Numbered from the stretch's first letter, positions 1 to 8,235 are shown. The stretch is 64,000 bases of DNA from an uncultured bacterium (GCA_963786935.1 CAWBAN010000002.1:224001-288000), one strand, 5' to 3'. Notes: generated by a model from the letters alone, not told the origin. Translations and numbers: made by a program.

Positions 1-454
1 CGTGTCGCTCAGGGAGATTCTCGCGACGCACGTCGCTCGGGTGAGGCGGCTCCACGATCGCGATCTGCGGCGGCGCCTCGGGATCGTGGCGCTTCCCGAC
101 GGGATCGAGCGCAAATATCCGAAGGCGGCTTGGGAGTGGGGATGGCAGTGGGTGTTCCCGGCGACGAGGCTTTATCGCGATGCGAAATCCGGCAGATGGC
201 AGCGTCACCATCTCCACGAAACGGTCGTCCAGCGTGCGATGAAGGAGGCCGTGCGGCGAGCCGGGATCGCCAAGCCGGCGAGCTGCCACACGCTGCGGCA
301 TTCCTTCGCCACGCACCTGCTCGAGGCGGGGTACGATATCCGGACGATCCAGGAGCTTCTCGGACATTCGGATGTCAGCACCACCATGATATACACGCAC
401 GTGCTGAACAAGGGAGGGCAGGGGGTACGGAGCCCCATTGACGGGGTGATTTAG
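1..454 (+). CDS. intI: Integron integrase (tyrosine recombinase), 5'-truncated by the window edge
   Basis: [12 protein letters not shown] and [16 protein letters not shown] catalytic motifs plus the integron-specific insertion ([24 protein letters not shown]); adjacent to an attC array. Confidence 0.97.
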   Translation, partial: VSLREILATHVARVRRLHDRDLRRRLGIVALPDGIERKYPKAAWEWGWQWVFPATRLYRDAKSGRWQRHHLHETVVQRAMKEAVRRAGIAKPASCHTLRHSFATHLLEAGYDIRTIQELLGHSDVSTTMIYTHVLNKGGQGVRSPIDGVI

Positions 455-670
455 GTCGCTTTGGAGGCGCCGGGGCCGGCCGAGGCCGGCCCGGGTTGGC
501 CGGGGCCGACGGCGGGCTTGATGAGAGCCGGTCGGGTGTATGCGGCCGCACACCGAACGGCGGGGGCGGGCAGCAGTGCACGTGACTCTCCAGGACCATA
601 CATAACTACTATGTTTATTGCATACCAATGCATGCGCTCGCAGTCTATCATGGGGCGTCCAGAACAGTGC

Positions 671-698
671 TTGATGTTACTTATTTATTTGATATAAT
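671..698 (+). promoter_or_regulatory. Candidate cassette promoter Pc (array A)
   Basis: TTGATG-16 bp-TATAAT with TG upstream of the -10, in an AT-rich patch upstream of attI. Confidence 0.65.
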
Positions 699-744
699 AT
701 ACATGTAATCCCAAAGGGAAGAGGCTTGGCTACACAGCATGTAT

Positions 745-791
745 TCGCAGTCCTATCTGCGCAACACAGAACAGTCTATATTGAGTTAGAT
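745..791 (+). other. attI recombination site, array A (core GTTAGAT at 785-791)
   Basis: GTTAGAT is the exact complement of ATCTAAC (1191-1197) that closes cassette 1; no attC hairpin upstream; sequence conserved in the second copy at 30169-30215. Confidence 0.85.
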
Positions 792-811
792 GGAATTTTG
801 GGGGCTAATTC

Positions 812-1087
812 ATGATCCTGCAAATCATAGTCTTGGCAATTTTCCTCGGGCTTGTTCCAGCAGCCATAGCGCATCATAAAGGAGAGAATTTCTTCCTATG
901 GTGGTTCTTTGGTGCCTTCATTTTTATTGTTGCTCTGCCATATGCGATCGTAATGAAACCTGACAAAGTCCTAGTCGAGCGCAAAATGGTTTCACGGGAC
1001 ATGAAGAAGTGCCCGTTCTGTGGCGAATTTATCAAGACAGAGGCGATTGTCTGCCGATTTTGCAGCCGAGATTTGAACCCGCAATAA
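812..1087 (+). CDS. Cassette A1: small membrane protein with C-terminal zinc ribbon
   Basis: Two hydrophobic segments, CPFC...CRFC. Confidence 0.85.
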   Translation: MILQIIVLAIFLGLVPAAIAHHKGENFFLWWFFGAFIFIVALPYAIVMKPDKVLVERKMVSRDMKKCPFCGEFIKTEAIVCRFCSRDLNPQ

Positions 1088-1190
1088 TGGCGAGATGCTT
1101 GTGTGAGGCTTTGTTGCTGGATGCGTCAATTCAATGAATGTGCTAAATGGCGTGTATCCGTGCGTGGCAAGGGATTGTTGGGAGCGATCC

Positions 1191-1302
1191 ATCTAACTCC
1201 GCATGCAGCTGACGGCCGCTGCCGTCACGCCGCCTGCGGAGCACGCGGCGCGCCGGCCCGCCGGGGCGGCGGGCGCGGCCGCAGCTGATGCCGGTGTTAG
1301 GC
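1191..1302 (+). repeat. attC site (resident 112 bp type)
   Basis: ATCTAAC...GTTAGGC ends, CAGCTG inner boxes, near-identical to the other copies. Confidence 0.95.
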
Positions 1303-1329
1303 AACTGTAGCGGACACAAAGGAGCGGAT

Positions 1330-1882
1330 GTGAAAAAGATTCGCATCATTATTCTTCATGTTCTTGCTGCAACGCTTGGTTCGATCCTAGTGGGGTTCGT
1401 GTTCTACCACCTAGCGGTGTTCCAGCCGCGTTATGCAGCGTTCCAGTTCGTGGTGATCGGCGCATCGATCGGACTCTTGCTCGGTTGCGCCCGCTTTCTC
1501 CCACCTAAGGCGTTTCTTGTTATGCCTGTGGTAGTGTGGGCACTGCAATTCGCTAGTGGCACGCTCACGCACTGGGCGCCTGCTGCTGCGGGATGCGGTG
1601 TTCGTGCTTGGTATCTCTGCGGCAGCGTATGGAGCTGAGCGAATGGCGGCACGTGCCAGGATTGCAGAGTCAGAGCTGAATCGCGCGACGCTCAAGATCT
1701 TGGTTCTGTGGCTTGGCTACTTTGCCGCAGGGATGATCCTATGCTTGGTATCCGGCGTTAGAAGCTGGGCATGTATGCCTCCATCTACTCACAGATGGGT
1801 TTGCTGCTGGCGATAGGAAGTGTCGATGGGGATCGAGCTAAGTGAAAAGATCACTACACAAACGCGAGAAACAGTTGTCTAA
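1330..1882 (+). pseudogene. Cassette A2: frameshifted membrane protein
   Basis: Hydrophobic reading split over ORFs 1330-1638 and 1556-1816; a terminal frame ends at the TAA of the attC. Confidence 0.6.
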
Positions 1883-1988
1883 CTCCGCATGCAGCTGGCA
1901 GCCGCTGCCGTCACGCCGCCTGCGGAGCACGCGGCGCGCCGGCCCGCCGAGGTGGCGATCGCGGCCGCAGCTGATGCCGGTGTTAGGC
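1877..1988 (+). repeat. attC site (resident type)
   Basis: GTCTAAC...GTTAGGC. Confidence 0.95.
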
Positions 1989-2015
1989 CGACTTCTGCTC
2001 TGAGGAGGTGCTCCA

Positions 2016-2597
2016 ATGAAAAGGATTATCTGTGTGCTTCTGATGCTGCTCTCGATGGCTGCAAAGTCGGCTTCTTCCTATGAACTGGTTACCGTGCCGT
2101 TGCCCGGCATCGAAGGCAGATACTCCTTCACCGAGGGAAATAATTACCGAGACATGCACTTTGAACTGGACGGAGTTCCATTTGTAGTGAATCGAGTGTG
2201 GATACACATATCGGGCGTGTTCTCCGTCGGGGAGATAATGTGCAATGATGGTACGCCGGCAGGGCCGTATCTCCTGCCGGTGGAATTCTTAGCTACCACG
2301 GAGGATACGATAAACGGGAGCTGGTTTGGCGCGGCCAGTACTTCGTCGGAGGAAAGCGGCGCGTTTGAGTACCTGAATCAATTTAGAAGGCTTCTCGGAC
2401 GCCCGATCAGCTGGGATTTTCTGATGGCAGGATACGGCAATCTCAATATGGACATCAATTTCGGCCTCATACCTGAGTGCTGGGTCACTGTATGGCCCGA
2501 AGCGACAATAGAGACGGCGGAGCTCATTATCGAATGCGATTTTCCTATTGCTGTTGATCAGAGCACATGGGGCAGCATCAAGTCGCTGTTTCGATGA
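2016..2597 (+). CDS. Cassette A3: secreted protein with C-terminal TWGSIKSLFR tail
   Basis: GAGGAGG RBS, signal peptide, tail shared with three other ORFs in the window. Confidence 0.9.
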   Translation: MKRIICVLLMLLSMAAKSASSYELVTVPLPGIEGRYSFTEGNNYRDMHFELDGVPFVVNRVWIHISGVFSVGEIMCNDGTPAGPYLLPVEFLATTEDTINGSWFGAASTSSEESGAFEYLNQFRRLLGRPISWDFLMAGYGNLNMDINFGLIPECWVTVWPEATIETAELIIECDFPIAVDQSTWGSIKSLFR

Positions 2598-2606
2598 GGG
2601 ATCGCG

Positions 2607-2718
2607 GTCTAACTCCGCATGCAGCTGACGGCCGCTGCCGTCACGCCGCCTGCGGAGCACGCGGCGCGCCGGCCCGCCGAGGCGGCGGACGCGGCCGCAG
2701 CTGATGCTTGTGTTAGGC
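2607..2718 (+). repeat. attC site (resident type)
   Basis: GTCTAAC...GTTAGGC. Confidence 0.95.
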
Positions 2719-2748
2719 CGATTTTGTAGGAATGAAAGAGAGATTGTG

Positions 2749-3186
2749 ATGAGCAGGTGGCAGATCGTGGCATTATTGGGCATCGCCATCCTGATTATTG
2801 GTCTTTTTGTGCCGATCGTTGAAGTGCCGCTCAAGGACAAGCTGAATTATTATAACTTCTTTCACCACGCCTATAATGCGAAGTTCTTTCTGGTCCTTAT
2901 GGGCGCATCTGCCGTTCTGGTATTCTTTCGTTTGTTCAAGATTCTGAGAATGACGGGGGGTCTCGCATTTGCGCTGATCATCGGCCATATGATTTTTGTA
3001 GGACACTGGGTGCGTGCCGAGGACGCCAAGACCAATGCGGGCTTTCACAATGTGCTCCGCGAAGTGAGTCCTTGGCCGGAGCATTATTACAGGCTGCAGT
3101 GGGGCTGGGCCATCTTGATAATCGGCGCGGTCCTTATTATTGTGGCATCGCTGATGAAGGATGAGTCGACAGAGACAAAGTCCTAA
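2749..3186 (+). CDS. Cassette A4: multi-pass membrane protein
   Basis: About four hydrophobic segments; stop codon lies in the attC inverse core. Confidence 0.85.
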   Translation: MSRWQIVALLGIAILIIGLFVPIVEVPLKDKLNYYNFFHHAYNAKFFLVLMGASAVLVFFRLFKILRMTGGLAFALIIGHMIFVGHWVRAEDAKTNAGFHNVLREVSPWPEHYYRLQWGWAILIIGAVLIIVASLMKDESTETKS

Positions 3187-3274
3187 CTCAGCGTGCAGCT
3201 GTCGGCCGCCGCGAGAGCGCTCGGGCAACTGAGGCATCATGCGGCGGCGCCCGCAGCTGACGCTTGTGTTAGGC
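3181..3274 (+). repeat. attC site (variant, 94 bp)
   Basis: TCCTAAC...GTTAGGC with GCAGCTG boxes but a different central region. Confidence 0.85.
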
Positions 3275-3301
3275 CGACTTCTGCTCTGAGGAGGTGCTCC
3301 A

Positions 3302-3883
3302 ATGAAAAGGATTATCTGTGTGCTTCTGATGCTGCTCTCGATGGCTGCATAGTCGGCTTCTTCCTATGAACTGGTTACCGTGCCGTTGCCCGGCATCGAA
3401 GGCAGATACTCCTTCACCGAGGGAAATAATTACCGAGACATGCACTTTGAACTGGACGGAGTTCCATTTGTAGTGAATCGAGTGTGGATACACATATCGG
3501 GCGTGTTCTCTGTCGGGGAGATAATGTGCAATGATGGTACGCCGGCAGGGCCGTATCTCCTGCCGGTGGAATTCTTAGCTACCACGGAGGATACGATAAA
3601 CGGGAGCTGGTTTGGCGCGGCCAGTACTTCGTCGGAGGAAAGCGGCGCGTTTGAGTACCTGAATCAATTTAGAAGGCTTCTCGGACGCCCGATCAGCTGG
3701 GATTTTCTGATGGCAGGATACGGCAATCTCAATATGGACATCAATTTCGGCCTCATACCTGAGTGCTGGGTCACTGTATGGCCCGAAGCGACAATAGAGA
3801 CGGCGGAGCTCATTATCGAATGCGATTTTCCTATTGCCGTTGATCAGAACACATGGGGCAGCATCAAATCGCTGTTTCGATGA
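3302..3883 (+). pseudogene. Cassette A5: duplicate of A3 with nonsense codon (K17 to TAG at 3350-3352)
   Basis: Near-identical to 2016-2597; AAG changed to TAG. Confidence 0.9.
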
Positions 3884-3892
3884 GGGATCGCG

Positions 3893-4004
3893 GTCTAACT
3901 CTGCATGCAGCTGACGGCCGCTGCCGTCACGCCGCCTGCGGAGCACGCGGCGCGCCGGCCCGCCGGGGCGGCGGGCGCGGCCGCAGCTGATGCCGGTGTT
4001 AGAT
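3893..4004 (+). repeat. attC site (resident type)
   Basis: GTCTAAC...GTTAGAT. Confidence 0.95.
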
Positions 4005-4016
4005 AGAGCTTGGTTT

Positions 4017-4532
4017 ATGGCGAGAATATCATTGAGAAGTTCTGCATTCTTGGCCGGGGTATTCTCAATGGCAGTTCTCATTGGCTGTGAGGAGGGAGCA
4101 AATACCGTGGTGCCCGTCTCGGATGGCACTTCTGTATCGATCAAGCTGAGCCAAAGAACTCTGAGGAGCTGCGATGCACTACTGATACATGTTGAACTAG
4201 CCTATGAGGGTGATGATTCGGCCATGGTTAAATACTGCGAGCCGTGTGACACGCTAGCCTACTATGTTACGACCGCCGGGGGGTACACCGTTCAACCAAG
4301 AACTCCCAATATTATCTGCGCAGCGTGCACGGAAACGGGTACCATCGCATTGCACAAGGGAGAGAAGGTCTCGGCCACGTTCGTTTTTGCAACGACTGAT
4401 AAGTACTTCAACTATCATCACTACGATTGTCTTCCTTCTGGATCGTATACCGTGCATGCTGGGGATAAATACCGGCAGCACCCATGGGTCTCGGCTGGTT
4501 TCTGTATTGAACATTGCCGAGAGCCTTTCTAA
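4017..4532 (+). CDS. Cassette A6: putative lipoprotein
   Basis: Lipobox-like VLIGC; stop codon lies in the attC. Confidence 0.8.
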   Translation: MARISLRSSAFLAGVFSMAVLIGCEEGANTVVPVSDGTSVSIKLSQRTLRSCDALLIHVELAYEGDDSAMVKYCEPCDTLAYYVTTAGGYTVQPRTPNIICAACTETGTIALHKGEKVSATFVFATTDKYFNYHHYDCLPSGSYTVHAGDKYRQHPWVSAGFCIEHCREPF

Positions 4533-4638
4533 CTCCGCATTCAGCTGCCGGCCGCTGCCGTCACGCCGCCTGCGGAGCACGCGGCGCGCCGGCCCGCCGA
4601 GGTGGCGATCGCGGCCGCAGCTGATGCCGGTGTTGGAC
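4527..4638 (+). repeat. attC site (resident type)
   Basis: TTCTAAC...GTTGGAC. Confidence 0.95.
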
Positions 4639-4654
4639 ATACCTGATTGCGATC

Positions 4655-4683
4655 TTGACATATAGCCAGCATCTGGCTATAAT
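4655..4683 (+). promoter_or_regulatory. Consensus sigma70 promoter with palindromic operator of the TA cassette
   Basis: TTGACA-17 bp-TATAAT; inverted repeat TATAGCCAG-cat-CTGGCTATA at 4661-4681. Confidence 0.9.
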
Positions 4684-4692
4684 CTGGCTAGA

Positions 4693-4986
4693 ATGAAACA
4701 TCGAATATTGCTGGCTCAACAGGCGCTGAGGGATTTGCGCAGGCTGCGCGCGCATGATCGTGCGACGGTCATCTCTGCGATTGCCAAGCACTTGACGCAT
4801 GAGCCAAGGCGTACGAGCAAGAGTCGGATCAAGCGCCTGAGGGGATTAGCGAAGCCGGGGTATCGACTTCGCGTTGGCGATATCAGGATCTTCTATGATG
4901 TGGCGGGAGGCGAAGTGCATGTTCTCGCCATCATTTCCAAGGCTGATGCCGACCGGTGGCTGGAAGAGGAAGGTGAGCGATCGTGA
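4693..4986 (+). CDS. Cassette A7: RelE/ParE family toxin
   Basis: Basic 97 aa protein with YRLRVGDIRIFY. Confidence 0.9.
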   Translation: MKHRILLAQQALRDLRRLRAHDRATVISAIAKHLTHEPRRTSKSRIKRLRGLAKPGYRLRVGDIRIFYDVAGGEVHVLAIISKADADRWLEEEGERS

Positions 4987-5228
4987 AAAAGGTAGCACTA
5001 TCGACAATCAAAGATGATCTGTCGCGTTTCTTGCGGCTTGCCGAGAATGAGCAAGTTATCATTACTCGTCACGGGAAGCCTGCCGGCGTGCTGATCGGCT
5101 TCAAATCAGAAGATGAATGGTTCGAGTATCGTCTCGAGAATGACCCGCGTTTTCTGAAGCGGATTGAGGCGGCGCGGCGTAGCATACGGAGCGGCAAGGG
5201 TATACCATTGGACGAGGTAGGGACCTAA
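4983..5228 (+). CDS. Cassette A7: Phd/YefM family antitoxin
   Basis: VIITRHGKPAGVL motif; overlaps the toxin stop codon. Confidence 0.9.
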   Translation: MKKVALSTIKDDLSRFLRLAENEQVIITRHGKPAGVLIGFKSEDEWFEYRLENDPRFLKRIEAARRSIRSGKGIPLDEVGT

Positions 5229-5242
5229 GTGGATATCGAGAT

Positions 5243-5354
5243 GTCCAACTCTGCATGCAGCTGACGGCCGCTGCCGTCACGCCGCCTGCGGAGCACGCGG
5301 CGCGCCGGCCCGCCGGGGCGGCGGACGCGGCCGCAGCTGATGCCTGTGTTGGGC
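5243..5354 (+). repeat. attC site (resident type)
   Basis: GTCCAAC...GTTGGGC. Confidence 0.95.
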
Positions 5355-5373
5355 AGAATGATATGGAGTTGGA

Positions 5374-5781
5374 GTGTTTCGAATCCTATTTGTTTGCGTT
5401 GAAAATTCGAGTCGCAGTCAAATGGCAGAGGCATTTGCCCGAATGCACGGTGCCGGCTTGGTTGATGCGCGAAGCGCGGGCTCTAAACCCTCGGGTTCCA
5501 TTAATCCGCGCGCTGTGGCGGCGATGCTTCAACGAGGCTATGACCTTTCCGGGCATCGATCCAAGAGCCTGGCTGACATTGGCAAGGGGCGATGGGACTA
5601 TTTGGTGACGATGGGCTGTGGCGACGAGTGTCCATGGGTGTCGGCAGCGAATCGGGAGGATTGGAAGTTGCCGGATCCTCATGATCTGTCGCCCAGTCAA
5701 TTTAATGAGCTTCGAGACGAGATCGAACGTCGGGTCATTGATCTGATTGCTCGACTTCGCGCTGGCGGGGGGAAATCTTGA
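5374..5781 (+). CDS. arsC: Cassette A8: arsenate reductase, LMW-PTP fold
   Basis: ILFVCVENSSRSQMAE P-loop, TMGCGDECP, DWKLPDP. Confidence 0.85.
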   Translation: MFRILFVCVENSSRSQMAEAFARMHGAGLVDARSAGSKPSGSINPRAVAAMLQRGYDLSGHRSKSLADIGKGRWDYLVTMGCGDECPWVSAANREDWKLPDPHDLSPSQFNELRDEIERRVIDLIARLRAGGGKS

Positions 5782-5790
5782 TACGCATCT

Positions 5791-5839
5791 GTCCAACTCC
5801 GCATGCAGCTGACGGCCGCAGCTGATGCCGGTGTTAGCT
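5791..5839 (+). repeat. Minimal attC (49 bp, internal deletion of the resident type)
   Basis: GTCCAAC...GTTAGCT with the central region deleted between CGGCCGC repeats. Confidence 0.85.
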
Positions 5840-5866
5840 GGAATGTGCACTTAAATGGGGGGTGCG

Positions 5867-6508
5867 ATGAGTATGTGGAATCGGATTGCTTTGTTGCTCG
5901 TGGTTCTCGCCTTGGCGTCGGGCAATGCTCATGCGATCAATTGTCAGGGCGGAATATCAATAGTTATCCCGGTGGGGAACGCGGACAATTTCGCGGAACC
6001 GTTGGAGCCGGTTTTTCCGGATGCGAATCTGGCGCGACTCATAGCCACCGTATGGAACGTCCCCCTTCGATATCTGGACAACATGGACATCAATGCATCG
6101 ATGGGGCATACGTTTCAGTGGGAGCCGTGTCCAATCACCGCGGCCGAGCTCGAAATCCACGTTCTCTCGATGGGTACCGCTTCCGATAACGACAGGCTAA
6201 GCATTGAACTGAACGACCGGTATTTTGAGGGTGAGAGCGAGGTCTATCGGTGGACGACGACCCTCGCGATTCTGACCCAGACAGAATGGTATTATGGAGA
6301 AGATGCGACTCTGGTGCTTGATCTCGGCGATCTGCCCGTGGATTTGTATGGTCGCACATCTGTCCTGGCATACATGAACGATGGAAATCTTGACGTTGAA
6401 GTTCAAGATGATACGGCCGTCGACTACATCATCCTGCGATTGTGCACTTCATCTCCTGTTGCCGTGGAGAACAAGACGTGGAGCTCGATCAAGGATTTGT
6501 TTAAGTAA
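5867..6508 (+). CDS. Cassette A9: secreted protein with C-terminal TWSSIKDLFK tail
   Basis: Signal peptide (AHA cleavage site), shared tail. Confidence 0.9.
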   Translation: MSMWNRIALLLVVLALASGNAHAINCQGGISIVIPVGNADNFAEPLEPVFPDANLARLIATVWNVPLRYLDNMDINASMGHTFQWEPCPITAAELEIHVLSMGTASDNDRLSIELNDRYFEGESEVYRWTTTLAILTQTEWYYGEDATLVLDLGDLPVDLYGRTSVLAYMNDGNLDVEVQDDTAVDYIILRLCTSSPVAVENKTWSSIKDLFK

Positions 6509-6516
6509 AAGGCTCC

Positions 6517-6628
6517 AGCTAACTCCGCATACAGCTGGCGGCCGCTGCCGTCACGCCGCCTGCGGAGCACGCGGCGCGCCGGCCCGCCGGGGCGGCGGGC
6601 GCGGCCGCAGCTGATGCCGACGTTAGCT
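6517..6628 (+). repeat. attC site (resident type)
   Basis: AGCTAAC...GTTAGCT. Confidence 0.95.
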
Positions 6629-6646
6629 TCACGGAGCTTCTGGGGC

Positions 6647-6680
6647 TTGACACTTTCGACGGTATGATATATTGTAATAC
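6647..6680 (+). promoter_or_regulatory. Candidate promoter/operator of the second TA cassette
   Basis: TTGACA at 6647, AT-rich -10 region, imperfect inverted repeat GTATGA...TAATAC. Confidence 0.6.
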
Positions 6681-6693
6681 TTGAGGTGATTGC

Positions 6694-6936
6694 ATGAGCA
6701 CGATAAAGGTAGCCATAACGATTCAGGACCACCTGCTCGACAGGCTGGATCGATTAGTCAAGGCGAGAGTATTTCCAAATCGCAGTAAAGCGGTGCAAGA
6801 GGCCGTGAAAGAAAAACTTGCGCGGCTAGATCGCAACCGTCTCGCGCGGGAATGTGCAAAGCTCGACAAGAAGTTCGAGCGTTCAATGGCCGAGGAGGGC
6901 GTTTCGCGGGAGCTTTCTGAATGGCCAGAATACTGA
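6694..6936 (+). CDS. Cassette A10: ribbon-helix-helix (CopG-type) antitoxin
   Basis: KVAITI...LDRLV...[10 protein letters not shown] pattern; upstream of a MazF-like gene. Confidence 0.85.
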   Translation: MSTIKVAITIQDHLLDRLDRLVKARVFPNRSKAVQEAVKEKLARLDRNRLARECAKLDKKFERSMAEEGVSRELSEWPEY

Positions 6937-7259
6937 GGGGCGGGATCTATTGGGCTGATTTGGATCCGACGAAGGGGCGTGAGCAGGCCGGTGAGCGCCC
7001 CGTGCTGATTCTCAGTCATGATATCTTCAATGAACGTTCAGGCACCGTCATCGCGATGGCTTTAACAAGCGCACCCCAGAAAGCGGGTTTTCCGCTGACA
7101 CTCGAGCTGTCTGATTCATCTCTTCCGAAGAAGTCGTGGGTCAAAATCAGCCAGATTCGCACGTTGTCAACTGAGCGGCTCGGCAAGAAAATCACGAAAT
7201 TGTCCGATAAAGAGCTTGATCTCATCATTGAGGGATTAAACGAGATCATCGGAAGCTGA
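6921..7259 (+). CDS. Cassette A10: MazF/PemK family toxin
   Basis: [25 protein letters not shown]. Confidence 0.93.
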   Translation: MARILRGGIYWADLDPTKGREQAGERPVLILSHDIFNERSGTVIAMALTSAPQKAGFPLTLELSDSSLPKKSWVKISQIRTLSTERLGKKITKLSDKELDLIIEGLNEIIGS

Positions 7260-7365
7260 CTCCGCACACAGCTGACGGCCGCTGCCGTCACGCCGCCTGC
7301 GGAGCACGCGGCGCGCCGGCCCGCCGGGGAGGCGGACGCGGCCGCAGCTGATGCCGACGTTAAGC
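7254..7365 (+). repeat. attC site (resident type; inverse core AAC changed to GAC)
   Basis: AGCTGAC...GTTAAGC. Confidence 0.9.
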
Positions 7366-7382
7366 AGGCGGAGGTCCAGATC

Positions 7383-8156
7383 ATGGATACGTGGAAGTTC
7401 TACGACATCACTCATCGTGAGCACGTGGTCTGCAACCCCACGAGCGAAGAGAAGCTGGCACGGCTTGTTGGTCTCCTCCGGCTTCCCGACGATGCACGCG
7501 TGGTCGACATTGCATGTGGGAAGGGTGAGTTCCTGATTCGTCTTGCTGAAGCGTACGGCATCCGGGGAATCGGAATTGACATCTCACCTTTCCACATCGC
7601 CGACGCGCAGAGGCAGTTGGAAAAGCGGGTGCCCGGAGCAGAGGTCGCCTTCAGAGCGATGAACGGTTCTGACTTCAGGCCCGACGAGCCGCACAGCTTT
7701 GCTCTGGCATCCTGCATCGGCGCCAGTTGGGTGTTTGGTGGACACGCGGCGACTCTGGAAGCGCTATCGGACATGGTTCAGCCCGGTGGTTGGGTAGTAG
7801 TCGGGGAGCCCTACTGGCTCCAGGAACCATCCGAGGACTACCTTAAGGCCTCCGGGGTAACTAGAGACGACTTCGGGACACATTCCGGGAACGTCGAGGC
7901 GGGGGAGCTGCGAGGACTCGACTTGGTTCACACCTTCGTGAGCAATGGGGACGACTGGGACAAGTACGAAGGTCTTCAATGGTATGCGACGGCCGAGTAC
8001 GCCCGGTCTCATCCGGACGACCAAGATCTGCGCGAGCTCTTGGAGCGCGTCGCCAAGGCAAAAGCAATGTACCTTCGATGGGGACGAGACACTTTGGGCT
8101 GGGCGATCTATGCCTTCAGAAACCGTTCATCTCAGGGTGCCGTTTCGGCTGCCTAG
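7383..8156 (+). CDS. Cassette A11: class I SAM-dependent methyltransferase
   Basis: VVDIACGKG motif I. Confidence 0.9.
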   Translation: MDTWKFYDITHREHVVCNPTSEEKLARLVGLLRLPDDARVVDIACGKGEFLIRLAEAYGIRGIGIDISPFHIADAQRQLEKRVPGAEVAFRAMNGSDFRPDEPHSFALASCIGASWVFGGHAATLEALSDMVQPGGWVVVGEPYWLQEPSEDYLKASGVTRDDFGTHSGNVEAGELRGLDLVHTFVSNGDDWDKYEGLQWYATAEYARSHPDDQDLRELLERVAKAKAMYLRWGRDTLGWAIYAFRNRSSQGAVSAA

Positions 8157-8221
8157 CATGGCGTTGAATCCGCCGGTTGGCCGCGAACGGCCGCCCGCGG
8201 GTTAACGCCAAGCCGTTAGAT
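8151..8221 (+). repeat. attC site of an unrelated type (71 bp)
   Basis: GCCTAGC...GTTAGAT with inner inverted repeat TGGCGTTGA / TTAACGCCA. Confidence 0.75.
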
Positions 8222-8235
8222 TGACTGGTGAGAAC

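Noticed and set aside
594..620. dif-like site (CATAA...TATGTTTA)
   Set aside because: Spacing between the putative XerC and XerD arms is too short; better explained as part of the attI platform
461..697. 78 aa ORF between intI and attI
   Set aside because: TTG start, low complexity, overlaps the promoter, and not conserved as an ORF in the second platform
3350..3352. Amber readthrough (pyrrolysine or recoding)
   Set aside because: TAG is used as a normal stop throughout the window, no pyl genes are seen, and the intact copy has Lys
1191..7365. Recurrent ~112 bp repeat as a CRISPR array or REP/MITE
   Set aside because: The spacers are whole genes, the repeats have RYYYAAC/GTTRRRY ends next to an intI, and no cas genes are present; these are attC sites
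1103..7424. Recurring ORFs such as MQLTAAAVTPPAEHAARR and ISCGRARRPGGPARRVLRRRRDG
   Set aside because: These are translations of the attC repeat in other frames or strands, not independent genes
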